A stretch of 64,000 bases of DNA from a virus. Below are positions 29,301 to 37,300 of this stretch, piece by piece. Position 1 is the stretch's first letter, and each line of letters opens with the position of its first letter. The stretch spans positions 8,597 through 72,596 of IMG/VR virus record IMGVR_UViG_3300046804_004006. The stretch is one strand, 5' to 3'. The position numbers and the translations under genes were made by a program. The notes below the pieces were generated by a model, which saw nothing but the letters and a program-made list of their open reading frames with translations, did no database searches and was not told the DNA's origin.

Positions 29301-29779
29301 TTTATATCCCACAAAATTCATATTTAAGGGATATTAAATATGTCGGTACAGCAGTGACTATTAGTTCTTTATCAAATAATGATTATTTTATTGTATATGA
29401 CTCAAACGTTGGATCTTCTTCTACAACTTTAACTTCTCTTGATGTTTCTAACAACACTATTGGTATAGGAACTCAATTTGTAGATAATGTATATGAGGTA
29501 AATTCATCACAAATAGTATCTACCAATGTCAGTGGAGTGGGAGTTACTTATGTCAGGAGAGTTTTTGTAAAAATTTCAGAGAATTTTGCTTATGGTTCAG
29601 GAATTTCTACTTCAAATTATTTTGGATCTTATAGTTGGGGAAAAATTAATTTAAAATCTAGAACAGGAATAAATTCACACTCTTCCTATACTTTAAATGG
29701 TGTGTCAGGAATTTCAACTTCAACTATTGTTCAGAGATCTAATCCACTAAAATCAAAAAATTATGATATTTCAAATTGA
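17360..29779 (+). CDS. gp7: giant baseplate wedge initiator (gp7-like) structural protein, 4139 aa
   Basis: Lies between gp6 and gp8; N-terminal QLPAYVREEFPLISEFLKQYY and FYGSKGTDESFKILFKSLY; IQDSFYYQNFSYSLKS; internal YHYH-like domain; GxGY repeats. Confidence 0.8.
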   Translation: MTDKRVQFNTIVQNQLPAYVREEFPLISEFLKQYYLSQEFQGAPTDLIQNIDQYIRLNETTNLVDSVILKSNISFVDTTIEVDLGFSPTGTNGFPDSYGLIKIDDEIILYTSKTSTANSASFNGCIRGFSGISSLNDQTATGELVFSTSSAEEHIGTEYNSDGSIKQKGSTILNLSNLFLKQFLLKTKYQLLPGLEDRELFSDLNEDLFIKQSKDFYGSKGTDESFKILFKSLYDEEVKIIKPKDFLLTPSNAQYTITNDLVVESISGDPLELKNSTLYQNSYLDNFTKSYAPITSVEKISSRDGKTFYKLSVDAGYNRDIVVDGATYGNFLVHPKTKVIGEVSPNSTILDVDSTVGFPTSGQLFASYNDGTAGVISYTSKSLTQFYGCSNIVKSINNAENVGLNTYASNSDGSIKVRINSVISGLDVRSDTRYLSPKESIQIKTLGVSAKDFISKNWYYNISSRYEVQGSPVLIDTSDKTYRLTLKTPHYLKIGDSISIVDSNNASKSSTVVDINSEYSITIRDQGELSLSTNYTIKRNILKPISNTFSNLSSYTSNVQNVYKDSGKTLLASNSIPSYYRQPLNVIDRSITFSGTFIGDEFVISNKDHGFYTGDVVYYTPQKVTTTSFSDDGIEIQQTSIQSSLFDEGLYFIKRVNETAVKFAKSKFDIYYSELYKDDSSKSKYVKLTESKSVSDNKIEIYKFNSKTVLPQKILREIQDPISDGKTYPTSPGFNGILVNGVEILNYKSSDVIYHGKINSIDILSPGLDYDVINPPELKISDRIGTGATGYVSVNGSLREIQIIDPGFDYVDVPTVKITGGNGSGALASVNMKLIDYYASFNSDSASNQIGIGVTVSTIGFSTYHKFRDGETVIYDPKYQQSVGGITTNSTYFVSVKDSNTVKLHKTFDDAVSGINTITLTSYGSGIHYLKSYNKKSVVGSINVVSGGSNYQNKKRTTDITGISTSLNQVTITNHDYQSGEIVKYATEGASIGGLISGSEYYLTKIDDNNFKLSNIGIGVTEKDFFYRTNQYIDFTSVGVGTHTFNYPNISVTLSGKIGISSIGSETFEAQIQPVFRGEITSVHLKNSGVGYGSSDIINIVKEPEVSLVSGQDAQLLPVISNGRISEVLVLSTGRNYNSVPILTIVGDGVGAVVTPIIENNSLKSVKVIEPGQGYSSKNTSILVSFPGSGCSFKSNIQTWRVNLFERNFNTFTSDDGFIESSINDEYELQYCNIYAPRKLRESLFSVDSLGKTLYGTKDLSKNNAGVEEFNAIKQKHSPIIGWAYDGHPIYGPYGYSKKFGGVITQMKSGYKMNSSRVSGPPTSIYPLGFFVEDYTYFKTNDETVLDENNGRFCITPEYPKGTYAYFATINNLSSDSSGPFYQYRRPVFPYLIGNNFKSIPNKFNYDKNSNQDSYDLNKTSWIRNTDPYNLRNGNVNYEYLSLPNNLNQTLEVKSVSPGSVESIKISSGGLNYKVNDEIIFDNSNTNGFGASAKISKIFGKSVNNISVATSSVTGVEIYPENKIGSYTIFSQNPHNFKNGDLVQVSGLSTSTFKINNSYPAGISTNTLTLVGLGSTSIGIKTTGVTGIVTYINVLGNLNYPNIRENDILTINSEKIKVLNVDAKLSRIRIIREIESTVGSAHTVGSKIYENPRKLIVNTEFSTTYNYKLNKEIYFNPIESVGLGTTSGVGIGTTIFFSNPGIGLTEIFIPTKTIYLPGHNLNTGDQLTYSTNDGKGLSVLIDSSSGVSTLTDQQILYVAKVSDDLIGISTVRVGLGTTGTFVGIASTQRNSTTLFFSGIGTGIYHSFKTNYDKLSGKITKNIVTVSTAQTHGLQNGDTVYIDVNPSISTTVTLKYNDYHRKVLINAKTFISSGVNTSTSLITIDNHGFETGDKVIHTSPSPAQGLENNKIYYVVKFDDNSFKLSNTYYNSLSSNPSIVGIASTSNGEISLINPPLNAYKNSSIIFDLSDSSLSYIKQSTNYPAFDLNFYLDENFTQLYDKNPESSTFEVQKSSGVVGVSTDAKVTLFVNEYTPKNLFYKLDPLFDSDIPIEKQEINVDSSVLSNNKINVEKSVYSGKYTISAGSTIFTYSLNKLPENNSYVSTSSSITYQTDSLSVTGAISEVEITNKGRNYYSLPGISSIVSTSGSGSILEPFSNSIGKIKNTTIKNIGFDFSSDYTVKPSSSLPQLLKIDPLASFSSIGISSFGRGYTSAPNILVFDGKTNQIITDVDLRYNLGDSQVTIFKNTYGINNVTPRFIPVQNSNGVGINSISFNSTTKDVTVRLSVGFSTINSFPFEVNDKVLIENISVGVDSTAKGYNSENYDYALFTITSVDQNIGGIGSITYNLSEFLSDGEYPGTYDSINSVGRVIPEKYFPTFSPILQIGDYIEGETVESNSSLGIVEKWDKKSQILKVLSNQDFNNDAIVKGLSSNTQGIASSITSFESYLTLNSLSKVERGWETNSGFLNENLQKIQDSFYYQNFSYSLKSKVDFDSWKDAVGTLNHTLGFKKFSDYQLESSLGQQEQNSMLVESNLSSFEIITDIVEYVDLNCVYDFDLVTENSIELNSKIISDEIVFNSRILTDYMESVGNRVLSIDDISGLFNSNPRSTQYSEVHRFLLSDARSQKYITFVSDKRYTEQSQTSIITLLHDNYISFMNQYGRVETYYDQGFFDFTIEGSEGVLLFYPTNYQVNNYNVTTLSWNLKDNLIGVGSSSFGDTVLINTSSVSVSSGSTTIVGINSSFSSVKVLVEISGNNGEYEFNEISVIHDGTNTHMIDYGQLSNLNYTPFESSGLGTFNSYLSGSQIKIDFTPNVGTATTINTIQVAIANTSSTGIGTFDMKHAKLSSQSVSIASSSSPTANSVANLSNDYDATYFVLQVTDTTNNRLQLSEIMLINNDSEIYLTEFGNIETNSGLGTFGAFRSGTDTVLSFTPIQNIDTQVKTFYTSLRHQDDSKDVVDLINATIETNFGTYFGAETDIKRQFDLKHKNVPIFERSFNGDDTSIVSIDSNTITIPNHFYVTGEKVNYYHAGSGTTQAIGIATTTFVSVGSTDKLASEVYVVKINDDKIKLASSSENALKFVPQTIDITSVGIGTSHRFVSTNQNAKVLLSIDNVIQSPVVSTAVTTTLSKNIFTTDDTIYFSGITSFFGGDLIKIGDEIMRIDGIGIGSTNAISVTRPWLGTVVSGYSTGDLVTKVIGDYNIIDNILNFVTAPYGNTPFGTITNAPDERDWSGISTGSSFHGRVFLRSGEQDTSNETYHKNYIFDDISSKFNGSERNFRLKSNLSDVTDISSENAVILINNVFQGPELSNDYTLSEVAGITTISFTGTATSISSDVNTSNLPSGGIIVSVGSSGGFGYQPLVSAGGTSVVSISGTIQSVSIGNSGSGYRSKSKYEITTKTSQAVGVGSTIVYLENDNSIFNILSLLNSGSNCKIGVGTFIDLTTIVSAGSTFICIGVGSTSNYIIPAETSTAIEIENPQIGIVNVEVVTSSSGIATYTHVGFATIRNGNVSSPVFITKVSSGYTNTNPPNVVFDDPQSYSDIPLIYSSNYASGGGSNATIDIVVGQGSSVIDFEVKNTGYGYGIGNVLTIPVGGLVGIPTTSGFKEFEVTIQNVFSDKFSGWSIGSLQVFDSIDRYFDGRRVSFPLSLSGNITTINSSKGSKISLQDTILIFLNDILQVPGEGYTFNGGSAITFTEAPKEGDQSKIIFYKGSGDGIDVISREIIETVKIGDDLRITYDSSQGQSPTLSEDFRTVYDIKSTDSVKTNPYFGPGNTNNTNLLRPVVWCRQTEDKIINEKVVGKDREIYTPNINPFAYIIKNVGIGSTAIYVDNLKPFFNAQNENDTSLSFQNSIKFISQDTISGAIGTAVVSTAGTISSIVISDGGVGYSTSPTISIGSTNGIGIGTTSTALGTVSISIGGTVTGVAITNPGFGYTTSSPPSVLISSPTLISETNSVSSYSGDSGIVVGFGTTTISTQTQLIFDLYIPQNSYLRDIKYVGTAVTISSLSNNDYFIVYDSNVGSSSTTLTSLDVSNNTIGIGTQFVDNVYEVNSSQIVSTNVSGVGVTYVRRVFVKISENFAYGSGISTSNYFGSYSWGKINLKSRTGINSHSSYTLNGVSGISTSTIVQRSNPLKSKNYDISN

Positions 29780-29806
29780 TGATAAATAGATAAAAAACTC
29801 TTAAAA

Positions 29807-31357
29807 ATGTCCGCAATTATAACTGATCAAATTAGAATATTAAATGCTAAAAATTTTGTTGCTGGCGTAGCTTCAAATTCTTACTATTCTTTTATTGGTT
29901 TGCCTAATTCTTCAGATTATCAATCAGATTGGGACAGCAATCCTCCCTCACCAAAAGATAATTTCAATGAAGAAAATCAATATTGGGATAATATGATAGC
30001 ATTGAAAAAAATTAATGCTAGTGATGTAAGGCAAGTTGTTACCAAAAAGGTTTGGTCATCTGGCACAACATATGATATGTATAGACACGACTATAGTTCT
30101 TCAAATATAACAAAAGTTACTGGTAGAACAAGTTTATATTCTTCATCATATTATGTTGTAAATAGTGATTACAAGGTTTATATATGTTTACAAAACGGAA
30201 CTGATCCAGATAATCCAAACGGAAAACCTTCTTTAGACGAACCAACTTTTACCGATTTAGAACCAAGATCAGCCGGTAGTAGTGGTGATGGGTATATCTG
30301 GAAATACCTATACACTATAAAACCAAGCGAAGTTATAAAATTTGAAACCTCTGATTATATCCCAGTTCCACCAAACTGGGAGTCTGGTGTAGAAAATGCT
30401 GCCGTTAGAGATAATGCGGTAGATGGATCAATTAAAATTGTAACTATAAAAAATAGAGGAGTTGGTGTTGGGACTGCAAATACTCAATATACCAGAGTTC
30501 CAATAAAAGGTGATGGTGTAGGAGCAGAGTGTACAATAGTAATTAATGGTGATAGCAAAGTAGAGAGTATTACTGTTTCGTCTCAAGGATCGGGATATAC
30601 TTACGGAAATGTGGATCTTAAAGCAGGTGGAGTTCCAACCGGATCTACAACACCATTATTTGATATTATTATTTCACCAAAAGGAGGTCATGGATATGAT
30701 ATCTATAGGGAACTGGGAGCATACAATGTTCTTTTATATTCTCGTATAGAAAATGACAATGAGAATCCTGATTTTATTACTGGAAACCAAATAGCGAGAA
30801 TAGGCATTGTAGAAAATCCCAAATCTTCATCAAACCCAACTTCAAATTTAACAACAGATAAAGCAAGTGCGGTATATGCTCTCAAATTGATTGGAATTGG
30901 ATATAGTTCGTCTACATTCATAGCAGACTCCACAATTACACAAACAATTTCAACTGGAACGACTGCTGTCGGTAGAGTTATAAATTATAATCAAACGACA
31001 GGAGTATTAAAATACTGGCAGGATAGGAGTATGTCGGGATTTAATACTGATGGAACCTCCCAAACAATCCCAAATTATGGATTTGAGTTGAATGAGTTTA
31101 CGGGTTCGCCATTAACGGGAGGAAGTTTAACAATAGTTCCTTCCAGTGGATCGAATTTGACAATAGACTCCGGTTTTACTGGCATATCTACTGTAATAAA
31201 TAGTAGAACCTACTATCTTGGTCAAAGTTTTATTGGTGGCGTATCTGTTCCTGAAGTTAAAAAATATTCAGGAAACATTATCTATGTTGATAATAGACCA
31301 GCAATAACCAGGTCATCCAACCAAAAAGAAGATATTAAAGTCATTTTGCAGTTCTAA
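29807..31357 (+). CDS. gp8: baseplate wedge subunit gp8
   Basis: MSAIITDQIRILNAKNF, YKVYICLQN, DGYIWKYLYTI, SGNIIYVDNR..QKEDIKVILQF. Confidence 0.92.
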   Translation: MSAIITDQIRILNAKNFVAGVASNSYYSFIGLPNSSDYQSDWDSNPPSPKDNFNEENQYWDNMIALKKINASDVRQVVTKKVWSSGTTYDMYRHDYSSSNITKVTGRTSLYSSSYYVVNSDYKVYICLQNGTDPDNPNGKPSLDEPTFTDLEPRSAGSSGDGYIWKYLYTIKPSEVIKFETSDYIPVPPNWESGVENAAVRDNAVDGSIKIVTIKNRGVGVGTANTQYTRVPIKGDGVGAECTIVINGDSKVESITVSSQGSGYTYGNVDLKAGGVPTGSTTPLFDIIISPKGGHGYDIYRELGAYNVLLYSRIENDNENPDFITGNQIARIGIVENPKSSSNPTSNLTTDKASAVYALKLIGIGYSSSTFIADSTITQTISTGTTAVGRVINYNQTTGVLKYWQDRSMSGFNTDGTSQTIPNYGFELNEFTGSPLTGGSLTIVPSSGSNLTIDSGFTGISTVINSRTYYLGQSFIGGVSVPEVKKYSGNIIYVDNRPAITRSSNQKEDIKVILQF

Positions 31358-31363
31358 GGAATT

Positions 31364-34300
31364 ATGTCACAGCAAACGAATCTTAACGTAGCTCCATATT
31401 TTGATGACTTTGATCCAAACAATGATTATTATAGAGTATTATTCAAACCTGGTTACCCAGTACAGGCAAGAGAATTAACAACTTTACAATCAATATTACA
31501 AAATCAAATTGAAAAGTTTGGGCAACATTTTTTCAAAGAAGGTGCTAGGGTTATACCTGGAAATATTGGATATAATAGACTATACTATGCAGTCCAATTA
31601 AATAACACTTATCTTGGTGTTCCAGTTTCTGCTTATGCAGATCAATTGGTAGGTTCTAAAATTCTTGGTCAGACTTCTGGCGTAAGTGCTTATGTGGATA
31701 AAGTATTACTGCCACAAGATTCTGAAAATGGAAATTTAACCTTATATGTAAATTATATTAATTCCAGCATACAAAATAATAATACTCAACAATTTTCAGA
31801 TGGGGAAACTTTAGTATGTGATAGAGTCATTGCATCTGGTCTTTTAGGTAACACAACAATAGAAGCAAATAGTCCATTTGCCAGCACACTATCAACAAAT
31901 GCAACTGCAACTGGATCTTGTTTTTCGATTACCAATGGAGTTTATTTTGTTCGCGGGAACTTTGTTAATGTAGAAACGGAGACTTTAATATTAGATCAAT
32001 ATACAAATTCCCCAAATTATAGAGTGGGTTTATTTATATCGGAAGAGATTATAAATTCAAATATAGATGAATCTTTAAATGATAATTCTCAAGGATATAA
32101 TAATTATGCCTCCCCAGGTGCAGATAGATTAAAAATTTCAGTAGGTTTATTTAAAAAATCTCTAAATGACTTTGATGACACTAATTTTATAGAATTGGCA
32201 ACAATTCAAGATGGTGTATTAAAATCTACAAATAATTTTACATCATCTCAAAATTCCATATTTAATACAGAATTAAATAATGCTCTAGCTAGAAGAACAT
32301 ATGATGAATCGGGAGATTATTGTGTAAGACCCTATGAAGTTACTATATTAGAGTCATTAAATGATAACCTTGGAAATAGAGGTGTATTTGATAAAGGTCA
32401 GATAACCTACGGAGGTATGACACCTACTGATAATTTATCAGTGTATAAAATTTCTCCAGGAAAATCTTTTGTTCGTGGATATGAAATTGAAACATTAAAT
32501 TCAACTTTTATTGATGTAGAAAAACCAAGAACAACAAAAACTCTAGAAAGTCAATCAATAAACTATAATACCGGACCAACTTTAAAATTAAATAGAGTAT
32601 ATGGTACTCCAGAAGTTGGATTTGGGAATACTTACGTATTGAGTTTAAGAGATAGTAGAGTTGGAGTTTCTTCTACTTCACCTGCAGGAAATGAAATTGG
32701 CGTAGCTAGAGTTTATGACTTTAGGTTAGAATCTGGATCATACAATTCATCGAATTCTAACATAAATCAATGGAATATAAGCTTATTTGATGTTCAGACT
32801 ATTACAAATATCACATTGAATGTCTCATCAACATTTTCTGTTCCTACTTTTGTAAAGGGCAATAATAGCGGAGCAACTGGATTCTTAAAAGATTCCGTGA
32901 CTGTTGGAACAGCTTTGACTTTATATGAGGTAAAAGGTTCTTTTATACCAAATGAGTCACTTTCATTTAATGGGGTTAATGATGGAAGAATAGCAATTGC
33001 AGTTACATCATATGGTATTTCTGATATAAAATCTGTTAGAGGAGTCGTTGGTTCAGGTTCTACATTTACAGCAGACGTAATTCAAACGCCTTCATTTTTA
33101 GTAGGTATTGCAACAATAACCCCATTTTCTGGAGTAAGCACTGTAAGAAGTTCAAATACTGCATTTCCAGGCAATATAGTTAAAATTGGGGATATTGTTA
33201 GATATTCAAATCTCAGTGCTTCTGCAGATCCAACTTTAGCAACAGTTGTAAGCGTTGGATCATCCACAGTGCAAATTGTTGGAGTTACAACTGTTACGGG
33301 AGTGGCAAGCGGAACAATTTCAACAACTTCTGTAACGTCTGTAACTGACTTGCAAATTTTATCAACTAGTTTAGAATCATCCAGCGATAACACTCTATAT
33401 ACAAAACTTCCTAAAAATAACATTTCTTCTGTTGACTTAACAGGGGCATCTTTGACCATAAGAAAAGTATATAATGTTGAAATATCTGCAAATAAAATAA
33501 ACACAATATCTGCAGGTCAAAATGAAATCTTTTTACCATTTGATGAAGAAAGATATTCTTTAATAAGATCTGATGGAGCAACAGAACCACTTTCCTCAGA
33601 CAAGATGGTATTCACTGAAGGTGGGACTCAATTAAAAATTTACAACTTAGGTAGTAATTCTTCAGCAAAACTAATAACCACATTAAGAAAGTCAAATCCA
33701 ACGTCAAAAATTAAAGTAAAGAATAGAGTTAATTCAATCATAGTATCTAATTCAAAGTATAGTGGATCTGGAATAGGATCTACTACGTTGGGTAATGGAT
33801 TAACTTCAGGTAGTTATCCCTTTGGAACTAGAGTTGAAGATGATATTATTTCTTTAAATACCCCCGATATAATTGAAATTCATGGAATTTTCGAATCAGT
33901 AGATAATTCAGACCCATCCGCACCTAAGATATCTCTCACATCTATTCGAAGTTCTTCAACAACTACTGCAGAATTATTGATCGGGGAATTGTTGATTGGA
34001 CAAACAAGTGGATCCATTGCAATTTGTGTAGAAAAAATAAATGACTCTGATATTTCATTTATTTACAAAAATAATAATAGATTTAAAGAAGGAGAAACTG
34101 TTGTTTTTCAAGAATCAAATGTATCCGCAATAATTTCTACCCTAAGTTCACCAAGTTTTGAAATCTCTTCTAATTATAAATTCGATAATGGACAAAATTC
34201 AACTTTTTATGGATACGGTTCTATAGTTAGAAAACCATTTTCATATGAACCTACGAAAAAAATAAAAGTTTATTTTTCAAATGCATACTATGATGCAACT

Positions 34301-37300
34301 GATAATGGAGATGTAACGACTATAGCATCTTATAATCAATTTAATTATTCAAAAGAAATTCAAAGTGTTGATGGAATTTCAAACTCCGATATTATTGATA
34401 TAAGACCAAGAGTTTCTTCCTATTCAGTAACAGAAAATTCCAGATCACCTTTAGAGTTTTATGGAAGATTATTTAATGGCGCTGGAAATTCTGCATCCAA
34501 TATTCTTTCATCCGAAGAATCTATTTTAACGACATTTTCTTATTATCTTGGCAGAATTGATAGAATATTTCTTTCCAAGAATGGAACTTTCCAAGTTAAA
34601 TATGGAACTCCTGCAGAAAATCCAAGAAAACCTATTCCCGTTGATGATGCTTTAGAAATAGCAACAATTTCTTTACCGCCATATCTATATAATGTTTCTC
34701 AGGCATCTATTCAATTCTTGGATCATAAGAGATATCAAATGACTGATATCAAACAAATTGAGAATAGACTTAAAAATCTTGAGTATTACACGGCTCTTTC
34801 AATATTAGAGTCAAATACAGTTAATTTATTTGTCCCAGATTCTGACGGATTTAATAGATTTAAGAGTGGTTTTTTTGTAGATAATTTTTCAACATTTAAG
34901 TCTCAAGACGAAACCATAGAAATTAATAATAGTATAGATGTAAAAAATAAAGAGTTAAGACCAAAACATTATACGGAATCTATTGATTTAATTTTTGGTC
35001 CAATAGTAGGTGCGAATCAAAGTGCTGACTTAGCGTTCTCTCCAATTGAAGGAATAAATGTTAGAAAATCCTCTGATATTGTTACTCTTGAATATGGTGA
35101 AGTTGAATGGATAAAACAAACTTCATCCACAAGATCTGAAAGTATTACTCCATTTTTAATTCCTTTCTGGCAAGGAACTATTGAAATGACACCCTCCTCA
35201 GATACTTGGGTTGATACTGCTACATTTGATTCAAAAATAACACAATTTGGAGAAAGTTGCACAGAGACTTTTTCAAAAATATCTAAAACAAAAAATATAA
35301 ATGAGCAGAGTGGTTTTGCATCAATTTTATGGAACTCTTGGGGAACAAACTGGGTTGGTGTTGATATTTCTGAAGATTCAAATGAAAAAATTAATTCAGT
35401 AAAAGTTAATAATCAATTTGGAAGATTGTTGACAAAATCCAATACATCAACTACTGTTTTGCAAGATAATAAAAAGGAAGCAAGACAAACCCCATTAGAC
35501 TCTAAAAAATATTTTAGATCTATTTTAAGCGATCAATTTGATACTACTTCGATTGGAGATAGAATTATAAGTAGAGACTTGATCTCATATATAAGATCAA
35601 GAAATATTCAATTTATTTCTAAAAAATTAAAGCCATCAACTCAATTATATGCATTTTTTGATGGAGTAAATGTAACAAGATACTGTATACCAAAACTTCT
35701 TGAAATTAGTATGATTTCTGGAACTTTTGAGGTTGGTGAAGATGTAATAGGAACTTCTTTAGATACTGGTCTTGGTCCAAATTTAAATAAATTCTCCCCA
35801 AAAATAACCTTTAGAGTTGCACAATCAAATCATAAAGAAGGTGAGTATGATAATCCAACTACAACATATTCAAATAACCCATATACCAATCAAATTTTAC
35901 CAGAGTCGTACTCTTCAACATCAACAATACTGAATATTGATACTTTCTCTCTGGCAAATCAAACTCAAGGTCAATATGGTGGATGGATAGAAAGTGGAAT
36001 GTCTCTTGTAGGCAAAACTAGTGGTGCAAGAGCTACTATTACAAATGTAAGGTTAATTACAGACTTGTCGTCTACTCTAATAGGAAATTTCTTTATTCCC
36101 GACCCAAATAATATAAATCATCCTAGATTTGAGGCAGGACCAAAAACCTTTACTCTTACCAACGATGAGCAAAATAACCAAAATGCATCATCAACAGTTG
36201 CGGAAGAATCTTTCATAGCATCTGGTATTTTAGAAATAACACAAGACAATGTAATTTCTGTGAGAAATACTAGAGTTGAAAATAAACAAGTATTTGAAAG
36301 TTCTAATACTAGCAGAACACTTGGAACGGAAACTGTTTTTGGTAAGCAAGGAAATAGTTTCAATACAAATGCTATTGTTGGTTGGTATGATCCCCTTGCA
36401 CAGTCTTTCTTAGTTGAAGATGAAACTGGCATATTCTTGACAAAATGTGAAGTATTTTTCAGTTCTAAAGATGATATGGATATTCCAGTTTCTCTTCAAT
36501 TGAGAACTATGAAAAACGGGACTCCATCCCAAAAAGTTTTACCTCTTTCAGAAATAGTATTAAACCCAACAGACGTTAATACTTCAAATGATGGATCCGT
36601 TGCAACAACATTTGAATTTAAAGCACCGGTTTATCTTGAAGGTGGACAAGAGTATGCAATTTGTTTATCATCAAATTCAACAAAATATAGTGTATATGTA
36701 TCTCGTGTTGGAGAAATTGATCTCTTAACACAAACTCTTATTTCAAATCAACCATATCTTGGATTTTTATTTAAATCTCAAAATACTTCCTCTTGGGAAG
36801 CAAGTCAATGGGAAGATCTTAAATTTACTCTTTATAGAGCTGAATTTATAAATTCCGGATCTGTTGAATTATATAATCCAAAATTAAATGAAGGAAATGG
36901 ACAAACTCCAATTCTCTCTCCAAATCCTTTAATTTTAAATTCAAGAAAAATCAGGATTGGAATCGGATCCACTTTACAGGATTCTGGGTTGTTAATAGGC
37001 AATACTATTTTGCAGAAAGGAACAAATGCTTCTGGTAATTTGACGGGATTTGCTGGTATAGCAACAGGAACACTGTCAATCAGTAACTCTGGAATTGGAT
37101 ATACTCCTTCCTCCGGAGGACTGACTTTTAACAATGTGAATCTTAGCACTATTACCGGAAAAGGAAAGGGTGCAATTGCAAATATAACTATTAGTAATGG
37201 CGTTGCTGTTGCTGCAACTGTTGTTAGTGGTGGATATGGTTATCAAGTCGGAGATGTTCTCGGAATAACATCAATTGGAGCAAGTCCAGCTGGTCGTGAT

